Positions 1 to 7,819 of a stretch of 53,899 nucleotides of DNA are shown one piece after another. Numbering within the stretch: position 1 is the stretch's first letter; every line of letters starts with the position of its first letter. The position numbers were made by a program, and so were the translations under genes. The notes under the pieces are model-generated. The model searched no databases. It saw nothing but the letters and a program-made list of their open reading frames with translations, and was not told the origin of the DNA. Source of the stretch: a virus (Duplodnaviria; Caudoviricetes); the IMG/VR virus record IMGVR_UViG_3300012942_000054, positions 1-53,899 of that record. The stretch is one strand, 5' to 3'.

Positions 1-293
1 GCGATGCCGACCTGAGCGATGCCAACCTGAGCCGTGCCGACCTGAGCGATGCCAACCTGAGCCGTGCCGACCTGAGCCGTGCCAACCTGAGCCGTGCCAA
101 CCTGAGCCGTGCCAACCTGAGCCATGCCAACCTGAGCCGTGCCAACCTGAGCCGTGCCGACCTGAGCCGTGCCAACCTGAGCCGTGCCAACCTGAGCCGT
201 GCCAACCTGAGCCGTGCCGACCTGAGCGATGCCAACCTGAGCCGTGCCAACCTGAGCGATGCCAACCTGAGCCGTGCCAACCTGAGCCGTGCC
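1..293 (+). repeat. 15-bp tandem repeat gcc(a/g)acctgagc(cgt/gat/cat), about 19 units
   Basis: Directly visible; encodes the pentapeptide repeats. Confidence 0.95.
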
Positions 294-593
294 AAAGAAG
301 ACCTTTTTGAAATTCTTAAAAAGGCACCCGATGAAATACAGGGGCTTCGCACAGCAATAGTTGAAGGTAAAATTGATGGTTCTTGTTACGAAGGTAGCTG
401 TGCGTGCCTTGTAGGAACAATTGCAAATCTTCGTCATTGCAATTATTTATCACTGTCAAACATCAATCCTAATCCATCACGGCCGGCCGAACGCTGGTTC
501 TTAGCAATCCGACCGGGACACACGCCCGACAACAGCCAAATATCAAAAATTACGCTTGAATGGATTGATGAATTTTTGAGCAATGCTGGATAA
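1..593 (+). CDS. pentapeptide-repeat protein (5' end outside window)
   Basis: Frame from nt 3 reads A(D/N)LS(R/D/H) repeats, then [10 protein letters not shown]...[20 protein letters not shown]...EFLSNAG, TAA at 591-593. Missing from ORF track because the start is outside the window. Confidence 0.85.
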   Translation, partial: DADLSDANLSRADLSDANLSRADLSRANLSRANLSRANLSHANLSRANLSRADLSRANLSRANLSRANLSRADLSDANLSRANLSDANLSRANLSRAKEDLFEILKKAPDEIQGLRTAIVEGKIDGSCYEGSCACLVGTIANLRHCNYLSLSNINPNPSRPAERWFLAIRPGHTPDNSQISKITLEWIDEFLSNAG

Positions 594-750
594 AGCCACC
601 CTTTTAAAAGACATTTTTTCCTACTGCAAAGGATTGAAGCAGTATGGCGCAAAAGGCGAAAAGGTAAAGATTATCAGTATCTGGGGTAATGTGGCAATAG
701 TGGAGGGGAAAACCAGGTTTTCGGTAAAAATTGAGGATTTAAAAAAATAA
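583..750 (+). CDS. small hypothetical protein (55 aa)
   Basis: ATG 583 to TAA 750, [12 protein letters not shown]...; fills the gap and abuts the next gene. Confidence 0.6.
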   Translation: MLDKATLLKDIFSYCKGLKQYGAKGEKVKIISIWGNVAIVEGKTRFSVKIEDLKK

Positions 751-751
751 A

Positions 752-1444
752 ATGGGCAAACCAACATTCATATTAAAGACGAGCTACAAAGCAGTAATTA
801 ACAAACTTTCTGATAAGCAGGCAGGCGTTCTATTCAAAATGTTATTTGAATATGTGGAGAACGGGGCAAATGCAGGCACTCCAGACGAGCGTGTTGACAT
901 GGCTTTTGAGTTTATCAAATTGGATTTAGACATCCTTGCTGAAAAGTACGAAAATAAAAGGAAGGTCAATTCTGATAATGGGAAAAAAGGAGGTGCGCCT
1001 ATTGGGAACAACAACCGAAACAAGCGAACGGTTGAAATAACAACCGAAACAACCGAATCAAGCGAAACAAGCGAACGGTTGAAAATCAAGCCTAATGAAA
1101 ATGAAAATGAAAATGAAAATGCATGTACTACCGTACATGGCGAATCGCCCCCCGTTGGAAATGTTCCCTATTCGGAATTTTTGAATCAGAACGCAAAGGA
1201 CTTGTCTATCAAGCCTCCAGCTAAACGTGAAGTTTTAGAAGTGTTTACAAAACTCGGCGGAACTGCGGAAATGGCAAAGGCATTTTGGTTGAAGTATGAC
1301 GGATTGGGCTGGGAGGTCAATGGCTCGAAAATCCGAAAAATTGAATCGTTCGCCAACAAATTTATTTCAAACTGGAATGAAATAGCAGAGCATCGGAAGC
1401 CGAAACAGCAAACCGTGCATGTCCCAACGTACAAAGACGTTTAA
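752..1444 (+). CDS. phage replication initiator (DUF6291-like N-terminus)
   Basis: LSDKQAGVLFKMLFEY...NGKKGGAP.GN.N motif, NENENEN linker, directly upstream of DnaB. Confidence 0.75.
   Translation: MGKPTFILKTSYKAVINKLSDKQAGVLFKMLFEYVENGANAGTPDERVDMAFEFIKLDLDILAEKYENKRKVNSDNGKKGGAPIGNNNRNKRTVEITTETTESSETSERLKIKPNENENENENACTTVHGESPPVGNVPYSEFLNQNAKDLSIKPPAKREVLEVFTKLGGTAEMAKAFWLKYDGLGWEVNGSKIRKIESFANKFISNWNEIAEHRKPKQQTVHVPTYKDV
1008..1121 (+). repeat. iteron-like repeats, putative replication origin
   Basis: Six CAA(C/G)CGAA units at 1012, 1021, 1041, 1050, 1059, 1068 followed by an (AATGAA)n tract, inside the initiator gene. Confidence 0.55.
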
Positions 1445-1446
1445 CA

Positions 1447-2895
1447 ATGGAAAATTTTAAAAAACATATCGACTACGACCCTGATTTGGAAAAATCGGTT
1501 TTAGGGGTTTTCCTGTTAGAGCCAAACAGTTTCGGAAGTGTGTACGGTATTCTTTCGGCAGATTGCTTTTATGACCTGAACCATAAATCGGTTTATGAAA
1601 CCATTGAAAAATACTGGAAAGATGGCGGTCAGGTTGACTTGTTGACAATTGCAAGATGTTTTTACGATGGTGGAATTACCGAAATTAAAAATCAATCAGT
1701 TTCGTATTTCCTGACAACCCTAACGATGGATGTTGTTAGCAGCGCCCACCTGCAAACATGGTGCTTATTCTTGCGGGAAATGTACGCAAAACGAGTTATG
1801 TATTTAGCTACTCACGGTGGATTTTCGGCTGAAAATGTTTTTGAAACTGCCGCTAAGGTTCAGGAAGAAATAACCAAAGCCTTATCCGTAAAAACAACTT
1901 CCGATTGGATTTCAGGCCAACAGCTTGAAACAATGATGGGTGAAAGGATGGCGAATGTCGCCGAAAACGGGAATTACGGCATTTCTACAACATTTGAGAA
2001 TATTGATAAGGCGAACGGGGGATTTAAGGCGGGGCAAATGGTGGTTATTGCTGCGAGGCCGGGAGTTGGAAAGAGTGCCCTAATGGGGAGAATAGCCACA
2101 CATTCAGCGGCCAAAGGTTTGAATATCGGTATTATCTCGCTTGAAATGGTCAGCACCGATGTATTCGCCCGTATGGTGTCTGCCGAATCTGACATTCCAT
2201 TCAAGACGATTGACCAAAACTTACTTTTCGACCAATCACAGAAAAGTTTGGTGTACAGTAAGATTGCCACATTAGCCAGATTGCCCATTTTCTTTAGCGA
2301 AACGGCTCAAGTGAACATTTTTGATATAAGGGCTAAGACCGAACAATTACAGCGCCGTAAAGGGCTTGATTTACTTATGATTGATTATTTACAATTAATC
2401 GAAAGTGCCGGAATGTCGAAAAACAGCAACCGGGAAAATGAAGTTAGTAAGATTTCACGAGGTATCAAGTTGATGGCGATGGACTTGAAAATACCGGTTA
2501 TCGTCTTGGCGCAATTAAACAGAAATGTCGAGAGCCGGACAGGGAATAATCGTTTCCCAATTCTCTCCGACCTCCGGGAATCAGGGAGCATTGAGCAGGA
2601 TGCGGATGTGGTTATGTTTATCCATTCAGACTTTAAAGCAGGAGTAGAACAGGACGAGAACGGAATAAGCACCGACAACCGCCGGCACATAATAGTAGCT
2701 AAATGGCGTAACGGAGACGGAAACATAAAGCGAGAAGTTGGCTTTGATGGTACTAAAATGAAATTCTATGAACTTGACCCAAACATGGCAATTAATGCAC
2801 CGCCCGTCAGCAGCCAATTCCCCACAAGGAATGAGCCAAAGCAAACCGAATTACAAACATTTTTTAAAGATGATGACGAAAATCCACCATTCTAA
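1447..2895 (+). CDS. dnaB: replicative DNA helicase
   Basis: AARPGVGKS Walker A, SLEM, IDYLQL, LAQLNR, LSDLRESGSIEQDAD. Confidence 0.97.
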   Translation: MENFKKHIDYDPDLEKSVLGVFLLEPNSFGSVYGILSADCFYDLNHKSVYETIEKYWKDGGQVDLLTIARCFYDGGITEIKNQSVSYFLTTLTMDVVSSAHLQTWCLFLREMYAKRVMYLATHGGFSAENVFETAAKVQEEITKALSVKTTSDWISGQQLETMMGERMANVAENGNYGISTTFENIDKANGGFKAGQMVVIAARPGVGKSALMGRIATHSAAKGLNIGIISLEMVSTDVFARMVSAESDIPFKTIDQNLLFDQSQKSLVYSKIATLARLPIFFSETAQVNIFDIRAKTEQLQRRKGLDLLMIDYLQLIESAGMSKNSNRENEVSKISRGIKLMAMDLKIPVIVLAQLNRNVESRTGNNRFPILSDLRESGSIEQDADVVMFIHSDFKAGVEQDENGISTDNRRHIIVAKWRNGDGNIKREVGFDGTKMKFYELDPNMAINAPPVSSQFPTRNEPKQTELQTFFKDDDENPPF

Positions 2896-3111
2896 ATGAG
2901 CAAACAGAAAAGAAGCCGAACACCATTAACAGATGAGCAAAAGGCATTTATTAAAGAGAATTACGGGAAAATGTCTGTGGCCGAAATACACAGGCAGATA
3001 GGAGCAACCAAATACCGGATTAGGGAGTTTACTCACGGGAAAAGTCAAAATAATGCCCAAATAAAATCAGGATTTTTTAACGTAAACGAGCGGGAAAACT
3101 GGATAGTATGA
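2896..3111 (+). CDS. small HTH-like protein
   Basis: LTDEQKAFIKENYGKMSVAEIHRQIG pattern. Confidence 0.55.
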   Translation: MSKQKRSRTPLTDEQKAFIKENYGKMSVAEIHRQIGATKYRIREFTHGKSQNNAQIKSGFFNVNERENWIV

Positions 3112-3464
3112 ATAGAATAGCAATCAGGGGTAATGTGCCTTCAAAAAGCAATAGTTACCGAATCGTCACGATAAACAGACACGGCACATTAGCAAAAACA
3201 GACAAGGTAAAAAAGTATGAGGAGGCGTTTATGTGGCAATGTGGAGAATATCGGGACGCCGGTATCGACCAACCTTTTGAAATGATTGTTGACGTGTATT
3301 ATCCCTCGAAACGAAGCGATTTAGACAACGCAATGAAAGTGCTGATGGATATGCTGCAACGGGTAAAAGCCATAAAGAATGACAATTTATGCGCCCGGAT
3401 TGTCGCCCAAAAATTCATCGACAAACAAGACCCACGGATTGAATTTGAACTGAAAATTTTATAA
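3108..3464 (+). CDS. rusA: RusA-family Holliday junction resolvase
   Basis: PSKSN...DLDNAMKVLMDMLQ...IKND...PRIE. Confidence 0.85.
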   Translation: MNRIAIRGNVPSKSNSYRIVTINRHGTLAKTDKVKKYEEAFMWQCGEYRDAGIDQPFEMIVDVYYPSKRSDLDNAMKVLMDMLQRVKAIKNDNLCARIVAQKFIDKQDPRIEFELKIL

Positions 3465-3467
3465 GAC

Positions 3468-3818
3468 ATGACAAAAGAGGAAACACAAGCAATGACATTA
3501 CAGCTATCAAAAGCAATATCAGAATGTAGAAACGCCGCTACACGTTTGGAGGTATTAAGCAACGAAAGCCATGTAACGGGGTTTATTAAACACAATTTCA
3601 GACAATGGGTAAAGCGCCTCAATTCTGTACAGAGAGATTTCAGAGGAATGTTTACGTCCGAAAATTTAAAGATAGTTGAAAAAGAAATGCTTAACGACGA
3701 AGACACTTTGCAACTTGAATTTATAACGGACGTTTTCCTTTCGCTCGACAAATTGAGTAGAGATAAAGTTGAGGCATTCATGCAGGATGTGTCGGAATTG
3801 ACAACTAAACGAGATTGA
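3468..3818 (+). CDS. hypothetical protein
   Basis: Tightly packed ORF in the operon. Confidence 0.7.
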   Translation: MTKEETQAMTLQLSKAISECRNAATRLEVLSNESHVTGFIKHNFRQWVKRLNSVQRDFRGMFTSENLKIVEKEMLNDEDTLQLEFITDVFLSLDKLSRDKVEAFMQDVSELTTKRD

Positions 3819-3841
3819 AAATCCATTAAAAATAACAGAAA

Positions 3842-4132
3842 ATGAAAGCACTAAAAGTTAGTTACAGCCGATTAATTTCAAAAGGAAATTACGAAAACGC
3901 AAAAATTGAAATTGAATTAGAGGTTGAGCAAGGAGAAAGCGCCGCATCAGTATTTAAAGCAGCAAAAGATTTTGTGGAAAATAGGATTGCAGTAGAAAAA
4001 CTGTCCGATTATAAAGTAGAACAGGCACGCAGCGTTATGAATGACAAACGAAATCACACACTGGCACAAATAGAAGAGGCCGAGGAGATTTTAAAAAAGA
4101 TAGAACCCGACGATAGTTTTTTGCCATTTTAA
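3842..4132 (+). CDS. hypothetical protein ending in DDSFLPF
   Basis: ORF with A-rich leader. Confidence 0.7.
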   Translation: MKALKVSYSRLISKGNYENAKIEIELEVEQGESAASVFKAAKDFVENRIAVEKLSDYKVEQARSVMNDKRNHTLAQIEEAEEILKKIEPDDSFLPF

Positions 4133-4139
4133 ACTAATA

Positions 4140-4392
4140 CCGGTGTGGAGTTGTGCGAAGCGTCGGCCTTGAAACAATAGGTAACGTGTACGGAAGCCAC
4201 GATAAGGTAGGATGCAAAATCATCCATTGAGATATAAGAAGCCTTATTGAAAGTCGCACAAAATCCGGGATTTCGGGCAGAACCGATAAGCGACAATAGC
4301 GATAGTGAAACGTCCCCTAAGACATTAATTGGGGTTGGTTGATAAAAGTACTGAACACTATGCAGGTGCAAATCCTGCTCCCGGAGCAACCA
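4140..4392 (+). ncRNA. putative structured RNA with tRNA-like 3' domain
   Basis: TCCGGGA (4264-70) pairs with TCCCGGA (4379-85), flush with T-arm-like GCAGG-TGCAAAT-CCTGC (4362-78); nested stems upstream at 4151-4262. Confidence 0.5.
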
Positions 4393-4446
4393 AAGAGAAG
4401 CGCAACGAGATTGAAAAATTTATTGAAAACCTTTTAAGGAAGTATT

Positions 4447-4683
4447 ATGATAACCGAAAAGAACTTAAAACGAATAGGTTTCGTGGCCAGCGAATGGGTT
4501 GACTTAGAAGATGGCGACAAGTACCGCACATGGGCTAACGGAGATAGTATTGTTGAAGTTGAAGAAAGTTATATCAAAGGCAAACAACGATTAATGGTTC
4601 AATTGAATGTACCCGATATGCTCGACCTGCCGAATGTTGATTCTGGAAGCAAGATTGTTCAACTAATGGAGATGGTGGGGTAA
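4447..4683 (+). CDS. hypothetical protein
   Basis: Stop codon TAA is part of the TAAC of the first attC-like site. Confidence 0.7.
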   Translation: MITEKNLKRIGFVASEWVDLEDGDKYRTWANGDSIVEVEESYIKGKQRLMVQLNVPDMLDLPNVDSGSKIVQLMEMVG

Positions 4684-4810
4684 CGTTTGTGCGGCTTGCG
4701 GTTCGGCGGGATTTAACAGACAAAAGTTAATAGAATGAGAGAACTTAATTACATAGACGAAACAATCGAAAGAAACGAAAACCCCGCATTGCGTATAGGT
4801 AGTGTTAGGT
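4678..4810 (+). mobile_element. attC-like site 1 (133 bp)
   Basis: TAAC at 4681 and GTTAGGT at 4804-10, with partly complementary arms GCGGGATTT / AAAACCCCGC. Confidence 0.55.
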
Positions 4811-4837
4811 GCAGTGCTTCTTACAAACTCAAATAAT

Positions 4838-5050
4838 ATGTCAGATTTCAAAGTAGGTTGCTCACCTTTAACGAGTAAAATTTATGCAGGTAAAGTTCTG
4901 GAAAATGGAACTTGGGGAAATGTTAAACACGATGTTACCGATACTGCTGTTGGTGCAGTTGCTCAACACCTTTTGCAACTGGATGAAAAGTTACAATTTC
5001 AATATCGTGGTAAAACTTACGAGTTAAAGGTTGTTGAGGTGTCTGAATAG
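4838..5050 (+). CDS. cassette-borne hypothetical protein (MSDFKVGCSPLTSKIYAG...)
   Basis: ATG 4838 preferred over GTG 4802; flanked by 15-bp inverted ends. Confidence 0.7.
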   Translation: MSDFKVGCSPLTSKIYAGKVLENGTWGNVKHDVTDTAVGAVAQHLLQLDEKLQFQYRGKTYELKVVEVSE

Positions 5051-5056
5051 CATTGC

Positions 5057-5189
5057 CACTAACGTTGAGGCGGTTGGCGTTCGTTGCCGACTTTTGAACA
5101 CGAAACTTTAACTTAAAAAATAAATTTATATGGAAAACAAAACTTCAACAAACCACGAAAACGGCAATGACGCTAACCGCTTGTTAGGT
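5057..5189 (+). mobile_element. attC-like site 2 (133 bp)
   Basis: CACTAAC...GTTAGGT; arms GCGGTTGGCGTTCGTTGCCG / CGGCAATGACGCTAACCGC pair with one bulged T and two G-T pairs. Confidence 0.7.
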
Positions 5190-5324
5190 GCAGTTAAATA
5201 TAAGTTTTGGCTGCACGACGGAACACTACTTTACAGTTGCAAAACTGACGAAAAGAAGAACAAGTATGAACGTGGGTTGAAAACAAAAAATGTAAAATAT
5301 ACATTGGAAGTTGTTGGGTCTTAA
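5130..5324 (+). CDS. small protein starting inside the attC-like loop
   Basis: MENKTSTNHENGNDANRLLGAV is encoded by the site loop and right arm; followed by TTAATTGCACCTAAC. Confidence 0.65.
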   Translation: MENKTSTNHENGNDANRLLGAVKYKFWLHDGTLLYSCKTDEKKNKYERGLKTKNVKYTLEVVGS

Positions 5325-5395
5325 TTGCACCTAACTCCCAAATATGCGCATTGCGCATTATTAATATCTAAAACACAACAAAAAGCTCTAATAAA

Positions 5396-5887
5396 ATGGC
5401 ATACGACATTTACGGAAATAATCTAAAGCGTGGACATTGTGAAGTTCATCCACAAGTTGCAGAAGAGTACCCTTGCTCACTTTGCTATGCAGAACATGAT
5501 AGACAAGAACAGAATAGACAAGAGCAGAATAGACAAGAGCAGGAATATTATAAACAGCAGGAGAAAGAGCATTATAAACAGATGGAGAAAGAACCCACCG
5601 AAATAGACATGACCGTCAGTCGTGAGTATTTGGAAAATAAGCCCGAATCCATCCTGCAAGAAGCGGAACGGCTCATCAATGGCGACAGACGGGAAGCCTA
5701 TGGCGATGCTAAAACCATGTTCGACAATATCGCCAAAGGCTGGTCGGTAATCTTCGGCAAAGAAGTGACCGGCAAGCAGGTTGCTTTGGCTATGGCGTGG
5801 CTAAAAATATGCCGAGAAAACAATAAAAGTAAGAGGGATAATATTGTGGACGGGGCTGCTTATTTAGCATTAATTGAGAAACTATGA
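5396..5887 (+). CDS. DUF6378-like protein with Cys/His N-terminus and QEQNR repeats
   Basis: SILQEAERLINGDRREAYGDA...MAWLKICR...DNIVDGAAY. Confidence 0.7.
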   Translation: MAYDIYGNNLKRGHCEVHPQVAEEYPCSLCYAEHDRQEQNRQEQNRQEQEYYKQQEKEHYKQMEKEPTEIDMTVSREYLENKPESILQEAERLINGDRREAYGDAKTMFDNIAKGWSVIFGKEVTGKQVALAMAWLKICRENNKSKRDNIVDGAAYLALIEKL

Positions 5888-6153
5888 TAACACATAGAGA
5901 AGAAATAAAAGAATACAGAGATGACGGCACGTTGAGGTATGAATGTACTCACGCTTATTTATCGCCGTTAAGTCAGCATTTATATAGCCGCCGGATAATC
6001 GGCAAAAACGGACCGTTCATCCGTATTAATCATGCCACGAAATATCGAAAAGATCGGAGTATCGAATGGCGGCTGATTTATAATGATTACGGCGAAGTAA
6101 TCGGCAACGAAAGAGGAACAAGCGTAACCAAACACACATTTCATTCAAGATAA
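5884..6153 (+). CDS. hypothetical protein
   Basis: ATGA overlap with the upstream gene. Confidence 0.7.
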   Translation: MITHREEIKEYRDDGTLRYECTHAYLSPLSQHLYSRRIIGKNGPFIRINHATKYRKDRSIEWRLIYNDYGEVIGNERGTSVTKHTFHSR

Positions 6154-6163
6154 AGCTAAAACC

Positions 6164-6256
6164 ATGACATCAGAAACATTCAATATAGACTGCAAGGAAG
6201 GCATGTCGAAATATGCTAATAAACATTTTGATTTAGCCATTGTTTATAATAATTAA
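6164..6256 (+). pseudogene. N-terminal remnant of a beta-class DNA methyltransferase
   Basis: MTSETFNIDCKEGMSKYANKHFDLAIV then YNN-stop where DPPY is expected. Confidence 0.7.
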
Positions 6257-6271
6257 TATATAACATTAACG

Positions 6272-6901
6272 ATGATTAGAGATTCTAAAGAATTACAAAT
6301 AGGGAAAGCAGGAGAATATTTGGTTTGTGCAGATTTAATCCTAAAAGGACTTATAGCATTCCCAAGTGAGCAAGGACTTCCTTATGATGTTTTAATAGAT
6401 ACCGGAGAAAAAATATTACGAGTACAAGTAAAAACAACTGAAAGACCAAGGGATATTCCACAAAGAAGTAAAAGTAGTCTAGCTTATATTTTTAGTATCA
6501 AAAGGGCAGGGAAAGACGGAAAGACGAGATATAGTGAAGACGAAATAGACATATTCGCCTTAGTTTGCTTAGATACAAGAAAAGTTGGATATATATTAAA
6601 CAAAGAGATGCCAACTACCATAAATATTCGTGTAGATATATTAAGAGGAACATATTATGATGAAAAGGGCGTAAAAGATTTCCACGAGGCAAAAGAGTTG
6701 TATAAACGGATAAAGAACCAAAGTGAGATTGCAAGATTGATGGGGATTAATATTGCCACAGTGAATAGATACTTAAAGGACGGATACAAGCCTTTTCTAA
6801 CAAGTGCGAGATATTTTGAAGATTTTGAAAGAAATATAGACTGGTTCAACAACATTTCGAGGCACAAGAAAAACGATTTAAAAATGCCACAGCGCAACTA
6901 A
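6272..6901 (+). CDS. PD-(D/E)XK endonuclease (group I intron-associated family-like) with C-terminal HTH
   Basis: GKAGEYLV...PYDVLID...VQVKT...IDIFALV; NQSEIARLMGINIATVNRYL HTH. Confidence 0.8.
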   Translation: MIRDSKELQIGKAGEYLVCADLILKGLIAFPSEQGLPYDVLIDTGEKILRVQVKTTERPRDIPQRSKSSLAYIFSIKRAGKDGKTRYSEDEIDIFALVCLDTRKVGYILNKEMPTTINIRVDILRGTYYDEKGVKDFHEAKELYKRIKNQSEIARLMGINIATVNRYLKDGYKPFLTSARYFEDFERNIDWFNNISRHKKNDLKMPQRN

Positions 6902-6915
6902 AATTATTTTCATGA
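6853..6915 (+). pseudogene. C-terminal remnant of the same methyltransferase (alternative frame)
   Basis: HFEAQEKRFKNATAQLKLFS-stop; the TGA overlaps the ATG of the next gene (ATGA 6912-6915). Confidence 0.55.
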
Positions 6916-7511
6916 CAGACGAAAATTTTGAAAAATTAAAAGAAAAAGCATTAGAACTCTTAGAACCTTTTGAGAGGCGATATTATCCGACATTAAGCGA
7001 TGTTCACTGGGTGAGACAAGATGACCACGACACTGACGGTGACTACTGCGAAAAGTGCATTGACAAGGCCGTTAAAAATGCGAGGAAGGAACTTAGAGAA
7101 GCGAGGAAAAAGGTGCTTGACAAATTTAAAGAAATAGAAGAAACTGGCAAGTTTAATGGGCAAATAATAAAAGGGAAATATACTGATGCTGAAATTAAGA
7201 AGGCTAAAAGGTATGAATTAGAACAATTGGGAATTTCAAAATTTGGCTCGGCATACAACCATGGCGGAGGGTACGAACACGATAGTTTTTTGACTTGTGA
7301 CATCTGCGGGCAAGAATTGAACATTTCTATTTTGCCAAACGAAGATAACATTCAATATGTCATTGATGATTTAGATACCGGAATAGACAACCAGACGAGC
7401 TATCATGCGTATTGTCTGATATACAACGAATGGGGAGATTCTGAAAATTATAGCGCGGAACGCAACCTAACGTTGGAATTAGCAAAAAGAGTTATTGAAC
7501 TATTATCTTAA
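6912..7511 (+). CDS. hypothetical protein with two CxxC pairs
   Basis: CEKC and CDIC. Confidence 0.75.
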   Translation: MTDENFEKLKEKALELLEPFERRYYPTLSDVHWVRQDDHDTDGDYCEKCIDKAVKNARKELREARKKVLDKFKEIEETGKFNGQIIKGKYTDAEIKKAKRYELEQLGISKFGSAYNHGGGYEHDSFLTCDICGQELNISILPNEDNIQYVIDDLDTGIDNQTSYHAYCLIYNEWGDSENYSAERNLTLELAKRVIELLS

Positions 7512-7522
7512 TAAAACAAATT

Positions 7523-7819
7523 ATGACAACCCTACTCGAAAAACACAAAACGCCTACCTGCTTCATAAAAATATGGCAGCTCGAAAACGGGATAATGTGC
7601 TATCATTTTTCTGCTGACTACTGCGAATTTGAGGAGCATTTCCCGCAGGGAACGGAATTAAAAGCCGTTGTCGCTCGAGCGTTGGCAAAAATAAACGATT
7701 GGATTAATCAGGAGCAAATGCGCAATCATATTGCACATGAAATGTCGCACGGATACAATGATTTTACATCACTGCCGGCTCTATTGTGGATTAAAGAAAA
7801 GTTGGAGGAGATAAAATGA
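7523..7819 (+). CDS. hypothetical protein
   Basis: ORF in operon. Confidence 0.7.
   Translation: MTTLLEKHKTPTCFIKIWQLENGIMCYHFSADYCEFEEHFPQGTELKAVVARALAKINDWINQEQMRNHIAHEMSHGYNDFTSLPALLWIKEKLEEIK

Noticed and set aside
1-293. CRISPR array
   Set aside because: Contiguous coding repeats with no spacers; no CRISPR array seen anywhere in the window
4140-4392. Canonical tRNA, tmRNA or self-cleaving ribozyme
   Set aside because: No recognisable D or anticodon arms, no TTC T-loop, no tag frame identified, no CTGATGA hammerhead core
5499-5543. Three 15-bp tandem repeats
   Set aside because: Ordinary coding slippage repeat (QEQNR) in a linker
6245-6855. Group I intron interrupting the MTase
   Set aside because: The insert is almost all ORF with no room for a ribozyme core, and the MTase catalytic middle is absent, so splicing could not restore it
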